DNA from: Verrucomicrobiota bacterium
Lineage (GTDB): Bacteria > Verrucomicrobiota > Verrucomicrobiia > Verrucomicrobiales > DEV007
DNA length: 64,000 bases
Direction of reading: 5' to 3'
Assembly: GCA_045046875.1 (NCBI GenBank)
Contig: JASFYY010000030.1
Span: forward strand, 33,525-97,524
A model generated the notes under the pieces. It was not told the DNA's origin and did not search any database. It saw nothing but the letters and a program-made list of their open reading frames with translations. A program made the position numbers and the translations under genes. Positions 39,373 through 49,742 of this stretch are shown here, piece by piece; position 1 is the first letter of the stretch; each line of letters opens with the position of its first letter.

Positions 39373-39966
39373 TTAAAAATAACCAGGGGCGTTACCTGCC
39401 TTCCATTTGATATTACAACCTGAGCTTGGCTGCCAGGGTTGGGCAAGTGCCTCCCCTGTTTGCAGCACATGATCGACCGCTTGTCGCAAGTCATTCCCGC
39501 TGACCTCTCCAGCTTTCCCCGGTCGAGTAGCATCAAACTGACCTGCGTAGGCCAGTCCCCGTTTATCATCAAAAACGTAAAAATCCGGAGTGCACGCAGC
39601 TGAATAATCCAGCGCCACCTGCTGCGACTCATCGTAGAGATAAGGAAAGTCCCAATGATACTGCCGGGCAAAATCCACCATCTTCTGGGGAGAATCCGCC
39701 GGGTAATTCTCCACGTCATTGCTGTTGATCGCGATCACTTGCACATCTCGAGCAGCGTAGTCCTTTGCAAATGAGGCCATCGCACCCGCCAGATGAATCA
39801 CGAAGGGGCAATGATTACAGACAAAGGCAATCACGATCACCCGTTTGCCCTCGCACATCTCCACCAAAGTATGCGATTGACCATTTCCATCGGGCAAGGT
39901 GAAAGCAGGAGCCTCTTGGCCGGGAAGCAGTTGAAAAGTAGAAAGAACTTCAGACATAATGGGCAA
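39373..39966 (-). CDS. Thioredoxin-family (AhpC/TSA-like) protein
   Basis: CNHCPFV, FPYLYDESQ, CTPDF, GCNIKW. Confidence 0.9.
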   Translation of the reverse strand: MPIMSEVLSTFQLLPGQEAPAFTLPDGNGQSHTLVEMCEGKRVIVIAFVCNHCPFVIHLAGAMASFAKDYAARDVQVIAINSNDVENYPADSPQKMVDFARQYHWDFPYLYDESQQVALDYSAACTPDFYVFDDKRGLAYAGQFDATRPGKAGEVSGNDLRQAVDHVLQTGEALAQPWQPSSGCNIKWKAGNAPGYF

Positions 39967-40056
39967 ATCGACAACGCTTTACACAGTCCGTCAAATTCTT
40001 GATTCTGTGTTCTGAATATTGAATACTAAATTCTCTCCTCATTCCCGCCTTCCCAC

Positions 40057-40084
40057 TTGACAAAGCGCCAAAGTGTCACATAGT
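40057..40084 (+). promoter_or_regulatory. Sigma70-like promoter for rplI
   Basis: TTGACA, 16-nt spacer, CATAGT. Confidence 0.5.
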
Positions 40085-40119
40085 CCCATTTTCTGATTTC
40101 AACCCGATCCTGAGCTACC

Positions 40120-40614
40120 ATGGCAACTACAGATGTTATTTTAAAAGAGAAAATCGACAACCTCGGCGCTGAAGCCGATGTTGTTTCGGTTCGTCGCGGC
40201 TACGCACGCAATTTCCTGGTTCCACAGGGCAAAGCTTACGAAGCCACAGCAGCCAACCTTCGCCACGTCGAAGGTTTGGAAAAATCCCGCGCTCTGCGTG
40301 AGGCTGAAGAACTGCAACTGGCTGAAAAACAAGCCACCAAACTGCGCAAAGCCCGCATCACGCTGGAATTGGCGATCGGTGAACACGGCAAGGCTTTTGG
40401 CTCTATCACGACTAGTGACATCGCAGCTGCTATTCTGCAAAAAACCAAAATCGATCTTGATCGTCACGCGCTCAAGCTGGATAAACCGATCAAAGCAACG
40501 GGTTCATATGACATTCCGGTGAAGATTCACACGGACATCGATCTTTCGATCTCAGTCAGGGTCAAAACACCCGAACCTGTCGCAGCTGAAGAGAGAACAG
40601 AAAAAGACGCTTAA
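40120..40614 (+). CDS. rplI: 50S ribosomal protein L9
   Basis: GYARNFLVP, FGSIT. Confidence 0.96.
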   Translation: MATTDVILKEKIDNLGAEADVVSVRRGYARNFLVPQGKAYEATAANLRHVEGLEKSRALREAEELQLAEKQATKLRKARITLELAIGEHGKAFGSITTSDIAAAILQKTKIDLDRHALKLDKPIKATGSYDIPVKIHTDIDLSISVRVKTPEPVAAEERTEKDA

Positions 40615-40651
40615 AAAGCACTTTTTCTATTTTCATTTCTTTCACTTTCAC

Positions 40652-40684
40652 AAGCGGATGCTTTACTGAAGCATCCGCTTTTTT
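40652..40684 (+). terminator. Rho-independent terminator
   Basis: AAGCGGATGCTT/AAGCATCCGCTT stem followed by a T run. Confidence 0.8.
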
Positions 40685-40750
40685 GTGGCCACGCAGCTAA
40701 AAAGCTCCTCTTCCCACACCGTTTTAATTCAGCTTCACTCTCACCCTACC

Positions 40751-42253
40751 ATGGCAATGGACACCACACCCGCTCCCGAATACCAACCCTCGGCTCCCGA
40801 CTCCGAACAGGGATCCTTTCGGGCTTTTCCTAAAAAGCAAAAAAATACAGGCCCCGATGACGTGTTCACCTCCCTCCCGGTCAGTGAGACCGCTGAACGC
40901 GCCGTGCTCAGTTGCATGCTCAAATCCCAGCGGGACAAAATCAGCGACGCCCAGGAAACCCTCACCCCGGAATTTTTCTACATCCCCGCCCACCGCAAGA
41001 TCTACGAAACTCTCTCCTCGCTGTTTGATGAATTTGGCAAAGTTGACCTGATCACCCTCACCGAAGAACTCGATCGTAAAAAAATCCTCGAAGAAGTGGG
41101 TGGCCGCGCCGACGTCGCGGCTCTGCTTGACGACGTGCCCACAACTGCGTTTTTTGATCACTACGCTAGTATCCTCAAGGACAAATTCATCCTCAGAAGG
41201 ATCATAGATACCTGCACCAACTGTGTGCAGGACGCCTACGGCACTCAAGGTAACAAAAAAGACGATGACAAAGCCGGGGCTTCAGTCACCGAACTGCTTG
41301 ATACCATCGAAAAAAATGTGCTCGCCATCCGCGATGCCGCCAACAAGGAGCGCGGCAACCAGACCATTCATGACTATGTGATGAAGGTGATCGACAGCAT
41401 CGCTGAGATGCATGGCAAGGGCAGTAACGGCCTGACGGGCATCTCCAGTGGTTTGCGTGATCTCGACAAAATCACCAATGGCCTGCAACGAAGTGAGATG
41501 ATGGTCATCGCCGCGCGCCCCAGTATGGGTAAAACCTCACTGGTGATGAACATCCTGGAGAATATCACCATGCATCCGGAAAACCCGCAACCGGCCGCTT
41601 TTTTCAGCTTGGAAATGAGCGCGGAGCAGATCGTGCAACGTCTACTTTGCTCCCGCGCCCGCATTGATATGCAGAAACTGCGCAGCGGTTTCCTCTCCAA
41701 GACCCAGTTGCGTCAGTTGATGAGTGTGGCCAGCACCATCAGCAAAGCCCCGTTGCTTATCGATGACACCCCCGCGCTCACCATCATGGAGCTGCGCGCC
41801 AAAGCCCGTCGCCTGCACGACGAACACGGTGTGAAAATCATCGCCATCGATTACCTTCAGTTGTGTAAATCCCCCGGCGCCGGTCGCCAGGAGAGTCGCC
41901 AGGTCGAAATCGCAGAGATCTCTTCCGGCATCAAAGCACTCGCCAAAGAGCTCGACATCCCCATCATCGTGCTCGCTCAGCTCAACCGGGCCCCCGACGC
42001 CCGTGGCGGTGGCAAACCCAAGCTCAGTGATCTGCGTGAGTCAGGGGCAATTGAGCAGGATGCTGACTTTGTCGGCCTACTGGTGCGTGAGGAATATTAC
42101 GCCGAGGACGAAGATGAACGTCAAAGCTCTGCCGGACGTGCCGTGTTACATGTCGCCAAACAACGTAACGGCCCTACCGGTGAAGTGCCGATGACTTTCC
42201 GTAAGGAAATGATGCGTTTTGAAAACGCCGCCGAAGGCGAGTTTGAAGTCTGA
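40751..42253 (+). CDS. dnaB: Replicative DNA helicase
   Basis: ARPSMGKT, FSLEM, DYLQL, SDLRESGAIEQDAD, KQRNGPTG. Confidence 0.96.
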   Translation: MAMDTTPAPEYQPSAPDSEQGSFRAFPKKQKNTGPDDVFTSLPVSETAERAVLSCMLKSQRDKISDAQETLTPEFFYIPAHRKIYETLSSLFDEFGKVDLITLTEELDRKKILEEVGGRADVAALLDDVPTTAFFDHYASILKDKFILRRIIDTCTNCVQDAYGTQGNKKDDDKAGASVTELLDTIEKNVLAIRDAANKERGNQTIHDYVMKVIDSIAEMHGKGSNGLTGISSGLRDLDKITNGLQRSEMMVIAARPSMGKTSLVMNILENITMHPENPQPAAFFSLEMSAEQIVQRLLCSRARIDMQKLRSGFLSKTQLRQLMSVASTISKAPLLIDDTPALTIMELRAKARRLHDEHGVKIIAIDYLQLCKSPGAGRQESRQVEIAEISSGIKALAKELDIPIIVLAQLNRAPDARGGGKPKLSDLRESGAIEQDADFVGLLVREEYYAEDEDERQSSAGRAVLHVAKQRNGPTGEVPMTFRKEMMRFENAAEGEFEV

Positions 42254-42267
42254 ATAAATTGGCAGCG

Positions 42268-42497
42268 GGGTGTAAGACACAATAGTTAAGCTGCTGACCT
42301 CTATGCGTTGCGCCCTTGCAGGACTGGAAGAATTGGCTTTTTTACCCAGCGCTTCGCACCGGGCTATCTCATTGAGCACCGTTGGTGCCAAAATGGAGAT
42401 GGAAGCAAACTGTCCCGTAAGGACAGAATGTGATAGCCCGGTGCGAAGCGCTGGGGTTAAATCGTTTTTATTACCAGCCCTAAAAGGGCGGAATGAT
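42268..42497 (+). repeat. About 230-bp palindromic REP/REPIN-like element, copy 1
   Basis: Nested inverted repeats; an inverted near-copy lies at 59316-59542. Confidence 0.8.
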
Positions 42498-42635
42498 TTT
42501 GATGTTTGATAAGGTGGCTTTCAATAGCCAATGGCTAACTTTTTTGTCCTGCACCCCTGGCAGCGACCCTTATTCCTGTATTCCCGTAAATAGTGTCATT
42601 TTTGTCACATTGGCGTTCCACGGGTTTCACGGTAC

Positions 42636-43227
42636 TTTTCAACAAGTTATTCACAGGCTGAATGGCGTGTATTCAAGGATGTTTGAATAAGTCTATCGAT
42701 TCACTATGCCGGGTGAACTTGTTCCATGAAATGCGTGGAACATCCGTCGTTTTCTTTCTAACCCAGATTTGATTTCAATCGTCGCTCGATTCATCGGTCG
42801 GGAAATTCTTGATCCAAACCCTTTTGGTTTTTTCACTCCGCTAAGAAACATGTAAATTTATTCCGATGGATAACTGCAGCAACATTGCATCTCGCTGTTT
42901 TCATATAGCAAATCAATATAATTAACTTATTTAAAATGAGTTATATACGGTTTACACGTAATTAAAATAGTATAAATTCGCCATTTGCCGCCCACCACTA
43001 CAAGCACATTGCTAACTTAACGTGTTCCTCCGTAGCTTCGGTCAAAACCGCAATATTAGAAAAAAATCACTCAGGGATTAGCCTCAAAACGAGCAGCATT
43101 GCTCACTATGAATGGATCTGTCTCTCTGGACAGAGCATCGAATTTTTAGCTGAAATCCCCCATCGCAGCACGGATCGCTCTTCCTTCATCTGAAAGGCTT
43201 GCAAAAGAAGCTCACAAGTTATTCACA
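42636..43227. promoter_or_regulatory. DnaA-box cluster around an AT-rich core
   Basis: TTATTCACA at 42647 and 43219, TTTTCAACA at 42636, reverse TTATTCAAA at 42682. Confidence 0.5.
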
Positions 43228-43248
43228 TCTTATTTTTTGCCCTGCAAA

Positions 43249-44640
43249 TCAACTTTGCCGACTACACAAATGGAACAACTGTTCAAAAACATCCGTAGCG
43301 CGAATGTCAGAGCCGTCCTTGAGCGCCGAAAACTCGCCAATCAACACCGGGCGATCATTCCTATCTTCAGGCACCCGCCCATGTGAGCCACGCACCAAAT
43401 TAGCATCCAGTGGAATCACGTCATACAGACTGCGAAAGCCCAACAAGCTGCGCAATTTTTTAAAGCCCATTTTCAACTTGGGTGAGCGTAATTTAGGATC
43501 AAGAAAAAGCTCCACCGGGTCATAGCCCGGTTTGCGGTGAATATCTACCGTGCGGGCATAGTCAGGAGCGTAGCGGTCATCTTCCCAGAAGTAATAAGTG
43601 AACCAACTACGTTGATCGGCAATGGCAATCAAATCACCCGAATTTTCATGCTCCAGACCGTAATAGTTCTTCATCGATGGCCCGACCACTTCATCCACTC
43701 CGGCGGTAGCCGTCAAAAGACCACGAACTTCGTCGAGAATATCAGGATTATTAACATACACATGAGCCACCTGATGATCAGCTATGGCAAAAGCCTGGGA
43801 AGCCCCCAAGTCGATCGTATCCCGCTTGAGTTCTCTTTTGACCGCCAACCAGCCTTTTTCGCGGAAAATACGGTTGATATGAATCGGGCGATTCACCTCT
43901 GTGATCCCGTATTCTGATAACAGCACCACCTTCACCTCCCGCGCTTCATAAAAACGGATCAAATCCCCCACCACGGCGTCAATCAGGCAGAGGTCATCAA
44001 AAATATACGGATCATTGGGACCGATCCGCTGCAAATTGTAATCCAAATGTGGCAGATAGATCAGAGTCAAGCCCGGATCATTTTTCAGTTCCACGAATTT
44101 GGCTACCTGGGCGATCCAGCGGGATGACTCGATATTGGACATCGGCCCCCAGAAAGTGTGGAAAGGAAAAGCTCCGATTTCATCGCACACCTCCTGCGCC
44201 AATGACTCCGGTTGACTGGCCACGCCAAAAACCTTGCTGCCGTCAGCTTTGTAAATAGGCCGAGGGGTGACGGAAAAATCAACCGATGAATACATGTTAA
44301 ACCACCAGAACAAATTCGCACAGGTGTAATCCGGATCCGTTTCCCTCAGCAGCTCCCACAGCTTCGGCGCATCCACCAGATGATTGGACTGTTTCCAAAA
44401 CCGATGCTCTGCATACGCACGATCATACCAACCGTTGCCAACAATACCATGCTCCGAAGGCAGTTTTCCGGTCAGATAAGTCGCTTGTGCCGAACAGGTA
44501 AGCGCCGGTAATACCGGCTCGATGTGCCCCAGCTTATGCTCCCGGCGACTGACAAATTCAGCGATATGCGGAGTATGCTCACCGATCAAAGCCGGAGTGA
44601 GCCCCACCACATTAATAACAACAGTCGGCGACAGAGTCAT
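43249..44640 (-). CDS. Alkaline phosphatase superfamily nucleotide pyrophosphatase/phosphodiesterase (EboF-like)
   Basis: PALTC, HGIVGNG, YLPHLDY, SEYG, GSHG. Confidence 0.85.
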   Translation of the reverse strand: MTLSPTVVINVVGLTPALIGEHTPHIAEFVSRREHKLGHIEPVLPALTCSAQATYLTGKLPSEHGIVGNGWYDRAYAEHRFWKQSNHLVDAPKLWELLRETDPDYTCANLFWWFNMYSSVDFSVTPRPIYKADGSKVFGVASQPESLAQEVCDEIGAFPFHTFWGPMSNIESSRWIAQVAKFVELKNDPGLTLIYLPHLDYNLQRIGPNDPYIFDDLCLIDAVVGDLIRFYEAREVKVVLLSEYGITEVNRPIHINRIFREKGWLAVKRELKRDTIDLGASQAFAIADHQVAHVYVNNPDILDEVRGLLTATAGVDEVVGPSMKNYYGLEHENSGDLIAIADQRSWFTYYFWEDDRYAPDYARTVDIHRKPGYDPVELFLDPKLRSPKLKMGFKKLRSLLGFRSLYDVIPLDANLVRGSHGRVPEDRNDRPVLIGEFSALKDGSDIRATDVFEQLFHLCSRQS

Positions 44641-44836
44641 ACTTAAAAAATGCCATCATAGCGGTAATGGCAGTCAATGGCGAACCCTTTTTACCACAAA
44701 TGGGGTCAGGCAACAAATCTTGACAAATGAAACACTGTAACCCCCGACTTTAATATTTTTGATCAAAAAAAATACGGACATTAATAGATTGGTGAAAAAA
44801 CCACCTTCCTCTTAACCCCTCCCTAAAAGATATTTT

Positions 44837-45679
44837 TTGTCATCTTCGAATGAACATGATAATTACTCTGCGACAACATTACTTATGAGTTCCAAATCAG
44901 AATACCTTAACCAGTTTTTTCAATCAGATGGGCGCACCGTGATCGCGCCGATCGATCACGGCACAGCCATCCCCGTGCCTGAACTTGGTAATCCCTCTGC
45001 AGTGATCGAATCACTCAACCCGTTTGTTGATGGTTATGTGGTCAATCTCGGCCTGGCTCTGGCTTGTCACGAGGAACTCAGCGGCAAAGGACTGTGCCTA
45101 CGCACGGATTGTTACAAACCCACCTATGCTGACAACGAAGATACCGGCCCTTTCCGCCTTTATTCACCGGATGAAGCGGAAGCCGTCGGAGCCCATGCCG
45201 TGATGAACATGTGTTATACTCATCACCGTAACGAAACGGAGATCATCCGTGAGTGCGCCGAACTCATTTCAGAATCCCTTGAGGCTGATATGCCCGTCAT
45301 TCTGGAAACCTTGCCCTTCGGCATTGGTCGTCCTGATGATTACACTGTCGACAACATCAGCTTTGCTGCACGCATGGCGGTAGAGTTGGGTGCGGATGTG
45401 GTGAAAACAGCTTATCCTGGCGATGCTTCGGTCGCTGACTTCACAAAAATCGTGGATGCATGCCCCGTGCCACTGATCGTTCTAGGGGGCGCTGCCGCTA
45501 ACGATGCTCCATCCTTGCTTTCCATGGTGCGAAACGCCATGGATGCCGGAGCGGCAGGCATTGCTATCGGCAGGAATGTATGGCAACATGCCAATCCTCC
45601 AAAAATGGCGGCTGCCTTGCAAGCGATTGTCCACGAAAATGCTTCCGTTGATGCGGCACTCAATTTACTCAAAGCGTAA
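44837..45679 (+). CDS. Class I aldolase (DhnA/LsrF family)
   Basis: PIDHG, ELGADVVKT, LGG, GRNVWQ. Confidence 0.85.
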   Translation: MSSSNEHDNYSATTLLMSSKSEYLNQFFQSDGRTVIAPIDHGTAIPVPELGNPSAVIESLNPFVDGYVVNLGLALACHEELSGKGLCLRTDCYKPTYADNEDTGPFRLYSPDEAEAVGAHAVMNMCYTHHRNETEIIRECAELISESLEADMPVILETLPFGIGRPDDYTVDNISFAARMAVELGADVVKTAYPGDASVADFTKIVDACPVPLIVLGGAAANDAPSLLSMVRNAMDAGAAGIAIGRNVWQHANPPKMAAALQAIVHENASVDAALNLLKA

Positions 45680-45727
45680 GCCACCAAGCTTCCATTTATT
45701 AAAATTTATCTACTGAATATCAAACTC

Positions 45728-47725
45728 ATGAAATCACTCTGGTCCGACAAAGAATCAAAAAAATATCGCGGGGCGCTCGCCACCCGGGTTTACACTTCAC
45801 GCCTACTCGGCGCAGAACCATCCCTGGTTTTGCATGGTGGTGGCAATACTTCAGTCAAAACCCGTGAAAAAGACTTTTTCGGCAATCCTGTAGATGTCCT
45901 GCACGTCAAGGGCAGCGGCTGGGATCTAGGCACTATTGAAAAAGCAGGTTTTGCCCCGGTCCGTATGGACACCCTATTGCAAATGGCCGAGCTCAAGTTA
46001 CTCAGTGATGCCGACATGGTCACTCACCAGCGCGCTGCGATGCTCAACCCTGACGCTCCTACGCCTTCTATCGAAGCCATCGTGCATGCGGTCATCCCGC
46101 ACAAATTTGTCGACCATACTCACGCTGATGCTGTAGTGGCCTTAACCAATCACAAAAATGGCCGCGCCACCATAGAAGAAGTGTATGGCTCACGTCTCAT
46201 CGTAGTGCCTTATGTCATGCCCGGTTTCGAGCTGGCGCTTGCTGTTCACAAAGCCATACAGCAGACCAAAGACCTCAGTGAGATCGATGGCATGATTCTA
46301 ATGAATCACGGCATATTCACTTTTCATCAAGACGCCAAAAGGAGTTACGAACTGATGATCGAACTGGTGACTCTAGCCGAAAAATTCCTCGCTAAAAAAA
46401 CTCGTGGCAAATCAATCGCCAAAGCCACCCGTTTGCACAAACCTGCAGAGGATCTGCTGCAATTGGCCGAACTTCGTCGTCAGGTTTCAATCAGACGCGG
46501 TTGCGCCGTGTATGCGAAAATCAATCAATCCCGCGAAGCTGTCGGTTTTTCCAACATCAAAAACGTCAACTCCCTCGCTACCCGTGGACCTCTGACCCCC
46601 GACCACGTCATCCGCACCAAACGAACTGCACTGACGCATCAAGGAACAGATCCTGCCGCTTCACTTGATAAATTCACAGCCAGCTATCAAAAATATTTTG
46701 ATAAAAACAATGACGGCACGCTCACTATGCTCGACCCCGCTCCACGTTGGGCCGTTTGGGCCAAACACGGAACGGTCGCCTTTGGTGCCACTCTTGGAGA
46801 AACCGGAATCATCGCTGATATCACTGAGCACACAGTGAAGACGATCCAACAAGCTGAGAATGCCTTTGAAGGTGGCTGGAAAGCGCTGCCCGCCGGGAAA
46901 ATATTCGACATCGAATACTGGGAACTGGAACAAGCCAAACTGAGGAAAAATTCAACGGGAACGACGCCCATCCATCAAGGGAAAGTTGCCCTTGTCACTG
47001 GAGCCGCCGCAGGCATTGGTTTTGCTTGCGCCGAGGCGCTCTCCCAACAAGGAGCCAAAGTTGTTGCCCTCGATCTGAATCCTGACATCATTCCACAGAT
47101 GGAAAAAATTGGGGCCGACGCCATGGTCGTTAACCTCACCGATGACAAAAAAGTGCAGGCAGCGGTGGAAGAAACTGTGCGCCGTTATGGAGGCATCGAC
47201 ATCCTCATTTCCAATGCGGGTGTTTTCACCGCAGGACAATACCTCGACGAGCTTGAATCCCGCAACTGGGATCTATCGATAGCCGTCAATCTCACTTCAC
47301 ATCAGAAACTGCTCAAATACACCATCCCTTATCTTAAAAAAGGCATCGACCCTGCTGTGGTATTGGTTGGCTCACGTAATGTCAAAGCTCCTGGAGCTGG
47401 AGCTGCCAGTTACTCTTGCGCCAAAGCCGGGCTCACTCAACTGTGCCGGGTTGCCGCTCTCGAACTCGCCCCCGAAGGTGTGCGCTGTAACATCGTACAT
47501 CCGGATGCCGTGTTCGACACTAAAATCTGGACACCTGAAGTGCTCGCCCGCAGTGCCGAGCGTTATGGCATCACGGTCGAAGAATACAAAGCTCGCAACC
47601 TGCTGAAAACAGAAATCAAAAGCCGCAACGTCGGTGAAATGGTTTCTGCCATGGCCAGTCCGCTGTTCTCAAAAACCACAGGGGCTCAAATCCCAGTTGA
47701 TGGCGGTAACGACCGGGTTTTGTAA
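45728..47725 (+). CDS. Bifunctional class II aldolase / short-chain dehydrogenase (rhamnulose-1-phosphate aldolase-type)
   Basis: GGGNTSVK, HTH, NHG, TPDH, YWELEQAK; C-terminal SDR domain. Confidence 0.9.
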   Translation: MKSLWSDKESKKYRGALATRVYTSRLLGAEPSLVLHGGGNTSVKTREKDFFGNPVDVLHVKGSGWDLGTIEKAGFAPVRMDTLLQMAELKLLSDADMVTHQRAAMLNPDAPTPSIEAIVHAVIPHKFVDHTHADAVVALTNHKNGRATIEEVYGSRLIVVPYVMPGFELALAVHKAIQQTKDLSEIDGMILMNHGIFTFHQDAKRSYELMIELVTLAEKFLAKKTRGKSIAKATRLHKPAEDLLQLAELRRQVSIRRGCAVYAKINQSREAVGFSNIKNVNSLATRGPLTPDHVIRTKRTALTHQGTDPAASLDKFTASYQKYFDKNNDGTLTMLDPAPRWAVWAKHGTVAFGATLGETGIIADITEHTVKTIQQAENAFEGGWKALPAGKIFDIEYWELEQAKLRKNSTGTTPIHQGKVALVTGAAAGIGFACAEALSQQGAKVVALDLNPDIIPQMEKIGADAMVVNLTDDKKVQAAVEETVRRYGGIDILISNAGVFTAGQYLDELESRNWDLSIAVNLTSHQKLLKYTIPYLKKGIDPAVVLVGSRNVKAPGAGAASYSCAKAGLTQLCRVAALELAPEGVRCNIVHPDAVFDTKIWTPEVLARSAERYGITVEEYKARNLLKTEIKSRNVGEMVSAMASPLFSKTTGAQIPVDGGNDRVL

Positions 47726-47757
47726 GGGGATTGTATCAGCAGCCTGTAGAAAGGCAG

Positions 47758-48411
47758 TCAAGCCAAGTGCTTCCTAATCCCACGCAAGACCACTGCCACC
47801 ACTTCTTCCAAGCTCAAATCTGAGCTATCCACTACCACGGCTCCTTCGGCAGCCACCAGTGGTGAGGCTTTTCTGGTGGAGTCCTGTCGATCACGGTCAG
47901 CAATGCTATCAACGATTCCCTGTGCCTTGCGTCGCTGCTCTCTGACTTCTGGAGAAGCGTCGATGTAATATTTATAAGGAGTGTCAGAGAATACCACGGA
48001 ACCGATATCCCGCCCTTCCATCACCACGTTACAATGCTCACGATAGGCGCGCTGCGCAGCCACCAAGCGCTCACGCACTTCGGGATAAGTAGCGATGGCC
48101 GAAACCGTAGCGTTCACCTGATCACTGGTGAGCTGTTCACCCGGATCCACCCCGTTCACTAATACCGTGCCCACCCCGTCTTTTTCACCACACTCAAATT
48201 GAGTGCTGTGCAAAAGTTCCAATACAGACTCTTCATCATTGGCATCCTTGCCTGCCTGTAACACCTGCCAGGCAAAAGCTCGATACATCGCACCTGAGTT
48301 CACAAAAACAAAGCCTAGCTCTTGCGCCACTCGTCGCGCCACACTGCTTTTCCCTGAAGCGGCCGGCCCGTCTATGGCTATCGCGATTCCCTTTTCAGCA
48401 CTCATATTCAA
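47758..48411 (-). CDS. cmk: Cytidylate kinase
   Basis: IAIDGPAASGKS, GAMYR, EGRDIG. Confidence 0.95.
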   Translation of the reverse strand: MNMSAEKGIAIAIDGPAASGKSSVARRVAQELGFVFVNSGAMYRAFAWQVLQAGKDANDEESVLELLHSTQFECGEKDGVGTVLVNGVDPGEQLTSDQVNATVSAIATYPEVRERLVAAQRAYREHCNVVMEGRDIGSVVFSDTPYKYYIDASPEVREQRRKAQGIVDSIADRDRQDSTRKASPLVAAEGAVVVDSSDLSLEEVVAVVLRGIRKHLA

Positions 48412-48428
48412 ATACTAATTGATTAAGC

Positions 48429-49736
48429 TCACCCTTTCATCACTTGTTTGAGCTCGGCGGCGAAACCGGGGTAGGAAGTGTTCACACATTCGACATCTTT
48501 CACGATCGTCTCCCCTTCAGCAAAGAGGCCGGCAATGGCAAACGCCATTGCTATGCGGTGATCCCCAAGGCTATTAACTTCCGCCCCTTTCAGAACAGTC
48601 CCTCCTTCGATCTCCATGCCATCTTCGAATTCTTGCACCGGAACGCCCATGCGTCTTAACCCATCGGCAACGGCGGACAAGCGGTCAGACTCTTTCACCC
48701 GTAATTCTTGTGCATCCTTTATGATCGTGCGACCTTCTGCCAAAGCGGCGGCAACCGCTAGCACGGGAATTTCATCGATCACATTGGGGATCTCATCTCC
48801 GGCAATTTCAGTGCCCTTAAGCTTGCCCCCATGAATTTCTATCGTGCCACAGGACTCAGCTCCTGATTCATCCACCACCTCGTTGATATGAGCTCCCATT
48901 CGCACCAAAATTTTCAGGATACCACTGCGTGTAGGATTGAGCCCCACATTCTTGATTCGCAAGACCGTTCCCGGTGTTGCCGCAGCTGCCACCATCCAAA
49001 AAGCGGCACTTGAGATGTCGCCTGGAACGAACAAATCCCGCGACTCCGGAGTTTGACCACCCCAAGTCGAAATAGCATCACCTTCTTTTAAAGTTTTCAC
49101 CAGCAGGTATTTAAACATGCGCTCAGTGTGATCCCTCGTGACCGCCGGTTCATGCACCACCGTTTTCCCTTTGGCGTTTATTCCCGCCAATAAAATGGTG
49201 CTTTTCACTTGAGCGCTGGCCACGGGCAAAACGTAATCAATGCCTTGCAAGCTTGAGCTACCTACTATAGTCAGCGGAGCCGTTTGTCGCTCACCGGTTC
49301 CGGTCAATTTTGCCCCCATCAAAGAAAGCGGCTCGATGATTCTGCCCATCGGACGTTTGGATAGAGACTCATCTCCTACCAATTCGGTTTGAAAAGGTTG
49401 CGCAGCCAGGATTCCCGAGATCAAACGCATCGTCGTACCCGAATTTCCACAATCGATCGCTGCCTCCGGTTGAGTGAATTTGCCACTCACCCCATGCACC
49501 AGCAAACGTATCGGGCCATAGTCATTTTCCTCCAACACCTCTATTTTCACCCCTAACATGCGCATCGCTGCTACCGTGGCGAGACAGTCCTCACTGGGCA
49601 GAAAACCTGATATCTCACAGTCCCCGTTAGAAAGCGATGCCATCATCACTGCGCGATGGGAAATACTCTTATCTCCAGGCACTTCCAATTCAGCTGATAA
49701 GGCTTTGGCTTTTTTTACTCTGAAATCTTGCATCAC
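48429..49736 (-). CDS. aroA: EPSP synthase
   Basis: PGDKSISHR, GNSGTT, ASAQVKS, KESDR, DHRIAM. Confidence 0.96.
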   Translation of the reverse strand: MMQDFRVKKAKALSAELEVPGDKSISHRAVMMASLSNGDCEISGFLPSEDCLATVAAMRMLGVKIEVLEENDYGPIRLLVHGVSGKFTQPEAAIDCGNSGTTMRLISGILAAQPFQTELVGDESLSKRPMGRIIEPLSLMGAKLTGTGERQTAPLTIVGSSSLQGIDYVLPVASAQVKSTILLAGINAKGKTVVHEPAVTRDHTERMFKYLLVKTLKEGDAISTWGGQTPESRDLFVPGDISSAAFWMVAAAATPGTVLRIKNVGLNPTRSGILKILVRMGAHINEVVDESGAESCGTIEIHGGKLKGTEIAGDEIPNVIDEIPVLAVAAALAEGRTIIKDAQELRVKESDRLSAVADGLRRMGVPVQEFEDGMEIEGGTVLKGAEVNSLGDHRIAMAFAIAGLFAEGETIVKDVECVNTSYPGFAAELKQVMKG

Positions 49737-49742
49737 TGATTA

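Noticed and set aside
30940..40035. Heptamer-like runs (TTCTAAC, TTCTGAA) at about 30940, 33790 and 40000 as CRISPR or iterons
   Set aside because: Short degenerate tandem repeats with no spacers or cas genes
42303..42690. Short ORFs downstream of dnaB
   Set aside because: They run through the palindromic repeat and DnaA-box region and have no protein-like features
42614..42742. parS-like sequences GTTCCACG and TGTTCCA...TGGAACA
   Set aside because: Neither forms the 16-bp parS palindrome
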